Below are positions 10,919 through 24,200 of a stretch of 64,000 nt of DNA, piece after piece. The notes under the pieces are model-generated. The model worked only from the letters and a program-made list of their open reading frames with translations. It did no database searches and was not told the origin of the DNA. Made by a program: the position numbers and the translations under genes. Within the stretch, counting starts at the first letter, position 1; every line of letters begins with the position of its first letter. Source of the stretch: Takakia lepidozioides. Lineage: Eukaryota; Plantae; Bryophyta. The stretch is taken from assembly GCA_030704615.1 (NCBI GenBank), contig CM060732.1, positions 70,742,001 through 70,806,000 of the forward strand, read 5' to 3'.

Positions 10919-12516
10919 ATGGCTACTGATTATGGGCTTGGGGCTGGACTACTGCGTCTCCACCAAGAGTCGATCACAGGGAAGAAAGATGGTGTAATGT
11001 CAGCAAGGAGTGTTCTGACGGAGCGGGTTATATTCCTCTTCTCACTTGTGCTGGTAATCAAGGTTGTCTGGGATCGCTACACATCCAAGCTACCCCCGGG
11101 ACCAAAGTCATGGCCAATTCTGGGCAACCTCCCTCTGTTGTTTGCGAAGGCCCGGAAAGGTGAGCAGCTCCACAATATTCTACGCGAACTTGGCAAAACA
11201 TACGGCCCTGTAATGACGGTGTGGCTGGGAATGTTGCCTACAATTGTCATCACAGATGCGGAAGTCGCCCATGAAGCTCTCATTGTACAAGGCACAAACT
11301 TTGCTACACGGTCGTGCGCGCCGTCTCGAAATATCCTGACCTCTGGGTACAGCACCTTGTGGTCTGCAACCTATGGCCCATATTGACGTGCAATGCGGAG
11401 ACTGCTGGTAGCAAATGTACTGAACTCGTCCAAAGTGTCATCATGGAGACCGGAGCGGGAGGAGGTTGTTGACGACTTGTTGCAGAGACTTACAGCGCAG
11501 GCGGCAGACAATGCGGGTGTAGTGCCTCTAGTTTCGAACTTTCGCTTGAGTATGTTGAAACTTCTGATTCACATGGTGTTCGGAAACAACTCAAGAGATT
11601 ATTTTGATGAATCCACCACCAAAGAATTGGAAAAGGCTATTCGTAAGTTGCTGGCGATAAGCCACCCGAAGCTCATGGATTTCTTCCCTCTTGTGCAGTA
11701 TCTACCAAGCAGCCATAATCGAGAATCGCTAGCTATCCGGAATGAAATCGTACGGTTGTTGGGTCCGGTGGTTGACAAGTACTCTGAGCTGCGAAGGACT
11801 GGGGAACCGGTGCTTGGCACATACCTAGACACACTACTTGCTATGAAAGCTGATGGAGAATACGAGATGTCAAGAACTACCATCGTGATGCTTTGCGCAG
11901 AGGCTTTCACTGGAGGCCTTGACAGCACAGCGTCCTTGAGTGGGGGCTTGCCCATATGATGGACAACCCCGATATTCAGCAAAAACTGTACAGAGAGATC
12001 GAGATGGTTGTTGGCTCAAGGCCAGTGACTGATGCCGACATAGACAACTTGCCATATCTGAAGGCAGTGATAAATGAGACGCTAAGAAGACGGCCGCCTG
12101 CGCCGCTTGGTTTTCATCATGGCGTGACACAGGCATGCAAACTTGCAGGCTATGACATTCCTTCAAATGCCATAGTTTTCTTTCACTTGCAGGCTATCTC
12201 TAACAATCCTGACATGTGGAGTAATCCTTCTGAGTTCAAACCAGAGCCGTTCCTTGATGCAGCCGTGGATATGACAGGTTCCAGAAAAATCACAACAATT
12301 CCTTTTGGAGCGGGCCGTCGAATTTGTCCTGGGATGGGGGTAGGCTTGCTTCATACCCAACTTTTTCTTGCAAGTCTGGTGCAAGCATTTGAATGGAGCA
12401 CACCGAATGGGGAAGCTGTGGACATGACAGAGAATTTGGAGTTTACAGACATGAAGAACACGCTGTACGCTTCCATCAAAGAGCGGCGCAAACCTGGCCT
12501 ACCTTGCAATCTTTGA
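10919..12516 (+). pseudogene. Cytochrome P450 (CYP71 clan, CYP77/CYP89-like), intronless, disrupted
   Basis: N-terminal TM helix, LPPGP hinge, I-helix GGLDST, ExxR (ETLR), heme motif FGAGRRICPG. Premature TGA at 11384-11386 in place of the conserved W (YGPY*RAMRR), a frameshift near 11935 and PERF changed to PEPF. Confidence 0.9.
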
Positions 12517-12632
12517 TGGGAGAGGTGTTTCTTGAGCTCTGCATAGTTCCTGATCAGGGATGGCATGTACGTCAGAAGCACGTACAATATATAGAGCTCA
12601 GGCTTGTAGACAATACGAGGCCAGGTATAAAC

Positions 12633-13141
12633 CCGTGTTAGACCGGTATACGTGGTCAGACCTGGGTATGTAGTAAAGGTATGAATAATGGCATACCCGA
12701 CTGTGCCGCTCAAGTGACAACCTCCTCAGGTGTCAAACTTGAGCCGCTGAAGTGGGAAACTGGTAATTGGTGAGAAAACTCAAGAACTGGTTAGCTCATA
12801 TATGTCTTTCAATGTTGTTTCATGAACCTTTCAGTGTACTATTTCTATGTGCTTTATGACATATCTCAATATGTATGAAGAGCTTGTGTAACATTTCTGA
12901 TTTGGTATGAAGAGCAGTAGAAGTATCATACCAATGTTCATATATCCCTAGTATGGATATTAAAAAATTCAAAACCAATACCATACTCATCTACAGTACA
13001 TTTTACATGTCCTCTTACCCTATTGATACCATTGATACACAGCTACTAGGTGATACCTGCCACCATACCATCACCAGGGATGGGATCCTCCATACCAGGA
13101 CCAGTCTGGTATTTAAAAATACATAACCTGGTCCAACACTG
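12633..13141. mobile_element. hAT-type MITE, same family as 9864-10637
   Basis: ccgtgttagaccggtat ... ggtccaacactg; flanks ggtataaac / ggcataaac. Confidence 0.7.
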
Positions 13142-16081
13142 GGCATAAACCCAGTATCTACTCTGTTCAAGAGTTCAGATAGTTAGCACTCACTACTTTT
13201 GCAGTCATGGAAAGGAATCTGTCAGGCAGCTTCTAATATGGGCACTAACCAGAATGATCGAGGCTATCTGATCCTTGTGAACAATTCACAAGACCCTTGC
13301 TCTTTCCTCTAGAAGGGTTGCTGTTCCAAATTATGAGCAGACACAGGTATGAATGAGCACTTTGTATAACTCAGTAATCCTCCCAAACAATCTAGTTTCA
13401 TATTATATAGCTCTGCAATCAGAATCTCACAGTTGGACCAAGCTCCATGTGTCAGATGATGCAGGCAGATTAGCATCACAGTATTGAAGACTTTTCTTAG
13501 ATGGTCAAGCTTGTTCCACACACAACACATCTACGTACCAGAGCTGGACCTCAGCTGGAGTGGGCTCTACATATCTCTTCATACGTTTGTATGATAAAAT
13601 TCTGAATATCTTTTCTCGTTGGGCAATAGCATGTATCTCTCGCTCCGTGGCCACTCCAAGGGGGTTTTCCTTAAGCCATCCATCCTCATCATACAAAGTC
13701 AAAACAGGCACTAGCAGGAGACATTGTCATTTGTTGGTCGAATTGGTGTCTCATATCCACAGCCACTTCCTCCACATCTCACTGAAGGAATATCTGCAAT
13801 ACCACTGAATAAGCAAGTAGATATCGGAGAGGTATGTAATGGGCCAACTTCTATCTGATGGTAGTCGGAAGTGAGCAACTTGTGCAAGCAAAGGTTTGAC
13901 TGAGTGGCTGATTTATTTCTGGTATTTTGGGATGTGAAGGGGACGATGACGGTGGGCAAAAATTCGAAGGCTCCACCTCAGTCCCTCCGAACAGCAGTTT
14001 TTGAAATATCCACAAGAAAGATGGCTCAGCTAATGCCACCACATTCGTCGGCTTATTGGACTCTCTCGCGGACGCGGGGATGGGGACCCACAGACACCAT
14101 GGAAATGAAGGGTTGTGCAGAACCCAAGCGCGGGGTTAGAATTGGAGTGCACTGATTGCCGTTGTCCGATGTGTGGGCACAGATCTCTGTGAGCAGGTTG
14201 GCCACTCTAACCATGGTGGGTTACATTGGGGAACCTTTACTGGAGCGCTTGCTGATGCAAGAGAATCACAAGGAAGCATAAAGGCCCGCGATTATTCCCA
14301 TTCGTCGCACGATCAAAAGGGCACCCCGTCCCTGCACATTTGTTTCATGTGCAAGTTTCATGTGCGGCTGTTAATTGATGGGGAATGAGGTAAGTCGAAT
14401 AACCTGATACCAGGTAGTTGGACGAGCAGAGCTGGAATTGCAATGTGGCAGTGTCTCCGACAGGCTTAATGTCGTCACAGGGAAGCATCCATGGGGTTGG
14501 GCGTACTGGTACTCAAGAGAGGTAGTGAACTATCGAGCATATTCATCATCTATAGACAATGCTGGTGGCGAAGAAGCTGGCCAGGGAAACAAGTTTGTGG
14601 GTTGGGAAGAGGCCGCTGCTAGGTGTCAGGTGTGTGCCATTTCAGCCTATGTTGTTATATATTCTTTATCTGTCCTTCCCTTCTACTTCTTTTCTTTCAA
14701 GCTGGGACTGGATTGACTCTGGTGTGGTGGCAGTTATTGGGGTTTTTGTAGAGAGATCTCAGGCAGTCAATGTATTTGGCTGAAGGCTTCAGCTTTGAGG
14801 ACCAGTTGTTCTTGGTTGGAAATTCCTGCGGGTTCAATTGTGCTGATGAAGTAGAAATCAGCTACCTTAAAAAGTACTTCCATTCTGTTCAGGAAGTGCT
14901 AGTTGTAATTTGTGGAATCCTGCAGGTTTCAGAATTGAGCTGTGAATGTACTCATAAGATGTTGTTTGCTGGAGCAAAATGTGTCTCAAAAGTGTTCTAG
15001 TAAGTGATTGAGCTTTGATGATCCCAAGGAAACAATCCCATCTACAATTTGCTACTAGATATTTTAGGCTGCCTCTCCAGTAGGCTTGATCTGCCACAAG
15101 ACCATTTCCGCACTATCGTGCGTCTTCAACCCACGTTCCAAATGACCAATTGAAATACGCAGTGCCAAAGACTCCCTCCATCAAAGGCCCAACAAATGGA
15201 TGATGGCAACCAACAATATTGAGACATGAAGCAGTGCACCACCCCAGGCTATGACCCTTTCCTGTTTCATGCGTTTTGTGCAATAAGCTCTTTGAGTTCT
15301 TCGTAATAAAGTATCATTTTCAAATGATAAAACAAACTAGCAGCCAACAGCCCCTGGGTTTGGGCAGACCCCAGCTTGTAAGTGGGAGGCATATCTCCCG
15401 ACATGCCAATTCACCTCCATAAGACTCAAGTCCATCTTGATTCTGCGGAGGTCAGTACAGGGAACCTACTAGTAAATCGAAAGGTGTTGAATCTTAGTGA
15501 GGAGTTGCCACTAAAGTACTGACCATCCTGCCTCACAATTTCCAGAGAGATTCCCAAGATTTTGAATGGATTTGCTCCAAATGAGTCGCCTTCTGAGTCC
15601 TATCATTCTCGTGCTCACGAGAAGTTGGAAGATTTGAGAGGAAACTCCAGCAAGTTGACTAACTTGGGTGACGGTGAGGTGGACACTAATAAAAAGACTG
15701 CACAACAGCAACCTCTAAAGACTAGTGTGGGACCTCGTTACGTCCTGCTCACGGAGGGGTGTCTCCTTTGTCAACCTACATGGTTTTTGCAGGGTTCTAA
15801 TTCCCTTGCACGTTTCTTTAATCAAAATCATGGCCTTTGTCCCCCCCCCCACGCTCCTCTCCCCCCAAAAAGAAAAAAGTGTGGGAAGCAAAGGCAAAGT
15901 GAGGGGGACAACGCAGTGCCGAACACTAACAATTGTCCGCTCACATCCACGAGAGAGTACTGACGTGCGGCCCGCTTTCTAAGAGACTGTGTTGGTCTAG
16001 ACCCAAGAGCTCCTTGTTGGACTTACTTTCCATCGCCCCTCGCTAGTTGGTTTGATTAGTTGAGTTCTTTCTGACTGAGGA

Positions 16082-18427
16082 ATGGCGCCAGCTGCTGCCT
16101 CGACGGATATTGCTCGAGTATATGGTTCAGTGAAGGAACTGTCAGGGGCGAAGCAGGTTCCCTCCATCTTCAAAAGGGAGTCGGCGCTTGAGGAGAGCTT
16201 CGTCAGTGCGGGTGAGCGGTCCATACCTGTGATAGATCTGGCAGAGCTAGAAGGTGATGGGCGTGCCTCAGTCCTGGAGGAGATTAGATGTGCGACGGAA
16301 GAATGGGGGTTTTTCCAGGTACACAATTCTACGTAAGGTGAAGATGTCCTGTCTCTTGTAGACTGTACATGGCTTGAGGATGCAAAATTTCTGAAATCCT
16401 CCACAGTACTTCACTTGAACACTCCACTCAAATATGAAATTGTCCACTATCTGAATTGACCATTCGTATTCTTCTGGGGCTAGTACAATTGCAAGATTCT
16501 CTGAAGTCCACCGGGAATTATCTTACTCCCTACTTACTAGATAGTATATAGGACGTTGTGAACGAACTTTTCCAACTGTGAAGAAGACGGGAGAATGGGC
16601 CTATGCCATTGCTCAAAGGTTGCTCGATCGTAGTTGACACATTTCCTCCAGAGAAAGTGGCAGGAGACCAGTGATTTTGACAGTGAACTTTTAGCTTTTG
16701 CCACGGTATTTTGGATCCGTGAGGTTAATTGTCCTAGCTCTGAATTTGTGTTGTTGGTTGGATCAATATGTATATATAAGGTGGTGAATCATGGTGTTCC
16801 ACTGGCAGTGCTCCATGATGTTTTGCGGGCAAATGAACAATTCTTTGAGCTGCCTCTTGAGGAAAAGCTGAAGTACTCGAATGCCGAATTCAAAGCTACC
16901 TATGGCTCTGGCAATTCCCGCAAGAGGGGTCTTCAGCCATGGAAAGATTATCTTGCGCTTGAGTGTTTCCCTGCACCAGAGGTGGAGAAGTGGCCCACGG
17001 AGCCTTCGACATTCAAGTAGGTTGTACCAACATTAGTTTCTTGTATCCTTGTTTACTTGCTGTGTTTAGGCAATATTGTTGTACATTCAAGGAAAGGCAG
17101 GTCTTACAGGTATTGTAACCAGTCCTTTCCCAAAACCTCAACCTTTGCAGCAAGTCTATGTATTGGGACTTCAATGTCCTCCTAAAATCTTGGGCCTTTG
17201 GCACAGTAGTCTTGCAATGGGGGTTGTCTATTTTGTCTTATATGATGAGTGGGGGTCTTGAAATACCTGAATTGTACAAGTTGTTCTCTCTCAAACTTCT
17301 ACATTTCTAGTACTAATCTGTGTGTCAACATTAGAAGATTGCAAAATTGTAACTCTAGATTTGATCTATTGCACATTTGTATCCATGAGTCAAGATAGGA
17401 AGCGCAGAGAGGGGCAACAGGGTTGTGAAAGGGCTGATCCAATTTTGGCAATCTGTTGCATTAACAGAGATCTCAGTTTGGAGTACAACAAGCTGGTGAA
17501 ACTTCTGAGTGATAAGCTCCTCTGCGCTCTGTCAGAGTCTCTTGGGCTACGCGCAGATTTCCTTAGCCATTCCGCGACTGGAACTCGAAGAACATTATTA
17601 AATTATTATCCACCGTGTCCACAGCCGGAAGCTGTTCATGGGATACCAGCCCATTCAGACCCTTTGCTTCTCACTATCCTATTGCAAGACGAGACAGGAG
17701 GTCTGGAAGTGCGCGACAAGCATGGTGGGTGGGTTCAGGTTCAACCTTTGCCACATGCTTTGGTGATCAACATGGGTGACCAGATGGAGGTAGACAATTT
17801 CCCCCCTTTAGAGCAACATTACATTTTAGAGATGTTATTGCTCACTTTATTGTTTTGAGATATTGATATACATATGTTGGAAAAAAGGAATACTCATGAA
17901 GGCAAGGTACCAGTGGGTATATCCAAGCACTGGTGTCTAGAAGCAAGGAGAGAACAAGGATGTCCAGAGAATGTCTTCATGAGGGTCTGACATTGTTTTC
18001 CATAGTCTTCTGATCATAGACTCCACGCCCAGATTGAGCGTGGGGACTTAGACGAAGTGGGGAAAGCAAGACATAGATCGATAATAAACAAAGTTGGGCA
18101 TCAGAGGAGAGGACAACACATGGCTCACTACAAGCTTATGCCTGAAAATAAAACATGCAGATATTGACCAACGGCAAGTACAAGAGCATCGAGCACCGAG
18201 CTGTGGTGAACTCAGAGAAGGCGCGCATGTCTTTGGCCACCTTCTTTGGTCCCTTAGCAACTGCGAGAATTGCTCCTGCTTCAAAATTAGTAGCCCGGGA
18301 TGGGGCTAACTACAAGGAAACCATCCTTGAGGATTATATGACAATGTTCAGGAGAACTGGAGCTAATGGAAAACGGCATGTGGAGAAGATGAAGATCTCC
18401 AAGCCATCTTCCCCAATGCCTGAATGA
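16082..18427 (+). CDS. 2-oxoglutarate/Fe(II)-dependent dioxygenase (DOXC class); exons 16082-16318, 16781-17016, 17468-17789, 18161-18427
   Basis: IPVIDL, EEWGFFQ|VVNHGV, LNYYPPCP, HSD iron ligands, INMGDQME|ILTNGKYKSIEHRA, RMS 2OG-binding motif. GT-AG introns preserve the frame. Confidence 0.95.
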
Positions 18428-18716
18428 AGGCATGGCTGCTCGTTGTGGAGTCAGAAAAGTTGAAGCTTTCAAAGTAGTACTTTCATAGGCCTGATTGCAA
18501 GGCCTGGTAGTCCATGATGCTGGGTCTTTTTCTTTTTTGAAAAGAGGCAAGCTTAAGGAGATTTTTTTAATTAGTAGGTCGGGCACAACTGAAAAAGATC
18601 TTTGAGACTACTTAAGCCAAATTTGGCAAAAGTTTGGAAGAAAAAAATAGGGTATGTAAGTTAGTATATAAGCTCATCCACAACAACTAGTCTCGCACAA
18701 TTCTGTTTGTCCTAGC

Positions 18717-19277
18717 GGGGGTTGGAATCCTGTGAGCACGCTCACACGTGAGCACAACCCACGGTCGTGGGGATTGTATGTTTTTACACCGCGGTCATAG
18801 GAGTTACATGTCTTGAGGCACGGTGCATTTATAGGGTGCAGTTGCACCAAAACGATAAACTATATGATCTATCTTTCAATTTCGCATTGAGAAGTTAAAA
18901 TTAAGTGGTAGTTTCGGGAGTGAGAGTTTTAATTTCGCATTGAGAAGTTGAAATTAAGTGGTAGTTTCAGGAGTGAGAGTTTCGTCTCAATAAATTATCC
19001 ATGGGACGTGACAACCTTTAAGGTCTCTTGGAGTCTCAGCGCCCTTTTCTCAAGTCTATCATGGAAAGGGCCTAGTATCGGGTGAGCATAGCGTGAGGAA
19101 ATCCCAGGCCTATAGGATAACATGTTTATCATGTCTGAGGGCCTATGTAAGAATAGTTTCGCAAAAAATTTAGTTTCTCAATTTTCATTTCGCTGAAGAA
19201 TATTTCGAAGGCATCTTAGGAATATGTGGTATATTCGTTTGTGCTCACATGAGCATGCTCACTCGCTACCCAACCTC
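18717..19277. mobile_element. MITE (Mutator-like family, also at 39380-40134)
   Basis: Imperfect TIRs ggggttggaatcctgtgagcacgctcac ... gtgctcacatgagcatgctcactcgctacccaacctc; internal ~51-bp duplication (aatttcgcattgagaagtt...). Confidence 0.7.
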
Positions 19278-20730
19278 TCTCTTACACATCTTCGGCCTTG
19301 AGCTACTTCCTATTCTCAAGTTTTTACTTGGACGTTTTTATCTCCAGCGAGTGTCTTAGTGTTTTCGTCATTAGGCACAAAGGGTCATAAACCTATACCT
19401 TTGTGGAAGAAGTCGTCCTGCAACTCATCGGATGGCTATCCCAACAAATTTTAGGAGTGAGGTGACATGGATGAAAGTGTTGCAATTTATCTTGCGAGTG
19501 GCTGCTCTTGGATTGACTACAACCGCATGAGCATGAGCCATCTGGCGTTGTTTAGCTTTCGTGAAAATACATGTTCATTTTCTCGCCGTTCAAAGACCAG
19601 TTCACCCCCACTTTCAATATAATCACATCTACTTTCAATTTGCATAGGTTGAGTTTGAGATAGCCTTTACCTTGAACCTTGGAAGAGGGAGGGAGGATGG
19701 AGATGGAGATTTGAGCATGGTCGAACTTAGGCAGTATAGATCCAGCCTTCAAACTCTACTCGCTTAATGGATAGCAATGCTATCACATAAACCAGTGTTG
19801 GTAACCAACGTGCTCTTCCTCTACAGGCCACCTGATAAATCTTTATCACTCCTTTCTCCAGACCCCACTCAGGGTCAGCATCATGCACTCTCTTAAGAAT
19901 GTTTTCTTTACAACCGTCTGGTAATTCCAAGAACCTCTTAAAGAATTGTTTGGACAATCTTTCCTTCTCGGTTTCACAAGGAATTTGATTCACATCAAAT
20001 TCTTTAATTCTCCATCCACCATGATCCCACTAGATGTCTGTCACATTTGGTTGTTCATGACCCAGTTCCCCAGTATGGTCGCCAAATGTCGCGCGGCTTT
20101 TACTCACCCATCCCTTCGCTATCCGAGGTGAGAACTCCAAGATAGAAGAGTTGGAAATCTCTAAGCACTCAGCCCGCTCAGAACAATCAGTCATGACCTA
20201 GCTAGTGTATCATGGGGGTGTTTCCTATTTGTATTCCTTCCCGTATTCATGTTAGCTAGTTACCTTATTGTTGGTATTTAAGTATCAGATTGCTTCAGCA
20301 AACTATCGGATTCCATCAACTCATCCATTCATTCCACAGCTTCACTCAGATCTCTCTACACAGTGTGAGTATGAAGTATGTATCAGATTAATATCTATCA
20401 AGTATCAGGCTGAAGCCATGGAGTCTCTAATCTGCTCTACATTATAACTCTACTGCTTGCATTCATCAAGCATCAACAGATCGTTCTCCTCCTACTCCGT
20501 GCTCTCCCTCTTTCTACTCAGAGATGCGCTCTCCGCTTCATTTCCCCCCCCCCCGTGATGCCAGAAGTCCCCCAAGAAGTAGTGATCCCCAGACGTCCCC
20601 GCTCTTCGCTTTTTCTACCTACAAGCTATTCTAACCGCTTTCCTAACTAACCGTCATCCCTGTAGTACACGTTCTTTTTTCAGATGTCGTTCCCCCACCG
20701 TCGTTCCCTGCCAATGATAACTGTTCCCCA

Positions 20731-21126
20731 GCTGTGCCGAGCTGTAACTGGCTGTATCAGGCTGTGGCGGGCTGTGACTGGCTGTGTCGGGCTGTGTAGG
20801 GCTGTGCGAAGCTGTGGCGGCTGTGTCGGGCTGTGACGGGCTGTGTTGGACTGTGATGGACTGTGTTGGGCTATGTCGGGCTGTGTCGAGCTGTGACTGG
20901 CTGTGCGACTGTGTTAAGCTGTGACTGGCTGTGTGACTGTGACGGGCTGTGTAGGGCTGTGCAAAGCTGTGGCGGGCTGTGTTGGCTGTGACTGGCTGTG
21001 ACGGGCTGTGACGGCTGTGTCGAGCTGTGACTGGTTGTGCGACTGTATTAAGCTGTGACTGGCTGTGTGACTGTGACGGGCTGTGTAGAGCTGTGTCAGG
21101 CTGTGATGGACTGTGTTGGGCTGTGT
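20731..21126. repeat. GCTGTG-core minisatellite (8-10 bp units) with a higher-order duplication
   Basis: (gctgtgncgg)n-like array; 20881-20961 repeated at ~21015-21095. Confidence 0.9.
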
Positions 21127-21299
21127 ATCTCCCCCCCCTAAAGCCTGTTGCTGTCACCCCTAAGGCTCCTGTTGGTCTTAGTCTGTGTAAAAATTAAGGG
21201 TACCCTTGGAACCCATAAAAGTGTCTAAGTCCCAGACCCCACAGAACTCATAAAAGTGCCTAAGTCCCTGGCAGTCCTCTAACATGCCCCCTACAGATA

Positions 21300-24200
21300 C
21301 GAAGAGAAGACAATACATGTTTCTCCAGGTATTTGTCGTCACCAACAATGCGAAGTATGTCTGCATGGAGGATGGTACGAGGACAGGCTCCGCATCATAG
21401 AGGAAGTCATCTGTGGAAGGGCCCTCTGTTGCATTTCCCAAACCCTCTTCGTCGCCGCCATTTGCATGAACCCTAAACACATTATGCAATCTTTCATGAA
21501 TGGTTCCCAACGCCGTGCCACAAGCGCGCACTATGAGTCCATCCTGCAAGTGTGGATGAAGCAACTTCAGGACTCGGATCTGATGCTTGCACAAATTGCC
21601 CTTCATTGCCCATGGGCAAGTGCAAGAAGCCCATTCGCATCCGGGGTTGTAAACAATGTAAATTGTGTTTGGGTGATTGGTGCTTAGAACATAGGCTGGT
21701 TGCCCAGGATGGAACGGAAGAGTGACATTGTAAGCTAGGATGTCGTGTGCCGCAAGCACAGAACTTGACATGTACTTCTCTCGTTTGTCATTCCTTATGA
21801 ATCCATGCGTCTTCAAGTGAATTGCATACCAGTAGTGTGTTAGGCACACGGCCTGTGAGTTCCCATATGAGCCAATCCACTCTACGCCCAGTCATTTTTC
21901 CTTTCCCCATCCTCAGTCTTGCTTTCAAGTTTCCATGGTATGCCTCAATGCTAGCGTTTGTGTCTTGACTGGCATGTGGAACATGACGAGCTGTTGTACA
22001 CCACATTGCTATTTTAGGATGTCATTCCTTATCGATGTAGTCCAGAATTTCATGCCCATTCAGATATTTCTTTCTCATGCGTCGAAGCGTTGTTGCTACC
22101 CACGCAAGACCTTCTTTGGTATTGTTTGGTCCACCTCTACAGTACATGAGGTCTCCCATATCTTTCAGCAAGTTTGTGGCAGTGATATGATCTTTGGTTT
22201 TTGCGCATGATTACTTCACCCAAGCCCGCCGGACATGCCAAAGGCACAGGAAAATGAGCACTCCTCGGAAAATAGCCCTGCAAAGTACACATGCCTACAT
22301 GAGAGACTTCAAAGAGGACTTTGTCGGTGGACTTGGGCACTAACCCAGTAGACTCTCTGGTGGACTGGTCTGCCCGTCTGTTCCAATGGACTTGCCCAAT
22401 AGATTCAGGCAGCAGACTCGCCCACTCTGACCTGCCATGAGTGTTGCCCTCACGAGACTGCCAGCAAACCTGACCACGTTGACCTCGCAGCGGACTTACA
22501 TAAGTGAGTCTTGCAATGGACTTGGCCAGAGGGCATCCCGAGCAGACTGGGTTGCCAGCAGACTTCCAAACAGTCCCCTCCGGCGGACTCGCCTGCCAGC
22601 GGACTTGTTGGACCAGACTGAGGTCGCAGCAGACTGACACATGTGAGTCTTGCAGCGGACTGCTTGCGAACAGTCCCCTCCGGTGGACTCGCCTGCCAGC
22701 GGACTTGCTGGACCAGACTGAGGTCGCCGCAGACTGGCGCATGTGAGTCTTATAGCGGACTGCTTGCGAACAGTCCCCTCTGGCGAACTCGCATGCCAGC
22801 GGACTTGCTGGACCAGACGGAGGTCGCAACAGACTGACGCACGTGAGTCTTGCAGCGGACGGCTTGCAAACAGTCCCCTCCGGTGGACTTGCCTGCCAAC
22901 GGACTTGCTGGACCAGACTGAGGTCGCAGCAGACTGGCGCACGTGAGTCTTGCAGCGGACGGCTTGCGAACAGTCCTCTCCAGCGGACTGGCTTGCCAGC
23001 GGACTTGCCCTTAGGAGACTGGCAACAGACTTACCCAGACTTTGGTGGCAGCACACCCGAGCAAACTGACCTTGCAGCATACTTGCACAAGTGAGTCTTC
23101 CAGCGGACTTTGCTAGAGGATATTATCAGCGGACTGGTTTGCCAGCAGACTTGCAGAAAGGAATGGGCCGGACTTGCAGCCAGGACTACGTTGTATGGCG
23201 GGGGACTTGCCGAAGAGACAAACAATGGACGCAGGCGACGGACTTGCACGCGAATGTACAGGAGGGTACGTGAAACTTACGTAATGGCGTTTATTTCGGC
23301 GTCGGCATCGTTCACAATGAAGGCATTGGGCATTTCTACGAGGAAAAAGTCCCGCAAGGCTGCCATCCACGACACCAGGTCTGTTGTCCGCTCACGCGCG
23401 CATATGATGTACGCAGCTGGTATACCGTTAAGCCACTCGTCGAAGGCCATCAACATATACAATGAGAACAGTTCAAATGCTGAATGTCAGATGCTGCCAG
23501 TGTGCGTACATCCACTAGTTTTGCAAGCGGATAAATTGTGAAAGGGATGAAGAGTACCTTGTGGTGATTTGTCCCGAAGGTTGCATCGCATGCAACGATA
23601 CGGGCATGGCCTAATTGAAGCATTCGCTTCTTTTGCCACTCAGTCTGTATGCCGATTGTGAATGTTGGCGCCAATTTCTCCTCTTGATAGAAGAAGACCG
23701 ATTTGGGTTCTGGTCTTTCCACATGCGGACACTCTCCGCATCGTTGGCATGTTTTTTGAACGTTTGTCACGTCCATTTCTCGGCGAGGTTGCGCACATCC
23801 TGCTCCAACAAAAAATCGTCTCGTGTCCATGCATCCCCCAACCCGGTGTTGTTCATGATGTGCTCTTTATGTTCTATCATGATTTGGGCGACTGACAGAC
23901 CTCGGCACAGACACTCCATGACCCATGCTTTCAATTCCTCGCTAATGTGTGGTGCATAGGCAAGTATTCCTGAACTCAGCGGACTTCCCATGACAGGCGT
24001 TCCTTTTCGCGTCTGTATGCTCCATATTGTTGTAGTACGTGAGGACACAAATGTCGGGGGCGAGATAACATTGTTGGACCTTGAAACATCATTGGCAACC
24101 ACGCTTGTAAGACTCTCCATAATCCGACTTATTTCTCTTTGGGCCTTTATGAGGGTGAGATGTTCCAGCACCCACAAGAGGTCTTCCACGTTTCAGTTTG

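Noticed and set aside
13300-15400. Possible degenerate gag or other TE coding region
   Set aside because: Only short broken ORFs; no motif I could identify with confidence.
19280-20650. Possible LTR or retroelement remnant
   Set aside because: No PBS, PPT, paired LTR or recognisable protein motif found.
20654-23094. ORFs translated from the tandem arrays (e.g. 20654..21157, 22137..22829, 22496..23080) and a CRISPR-like appearance
   Set aside because: Contiguous minisatellite units without unique spacers, in a eukaryotic intron/TE context; the ORFs are stop-poor repeat artefacts.
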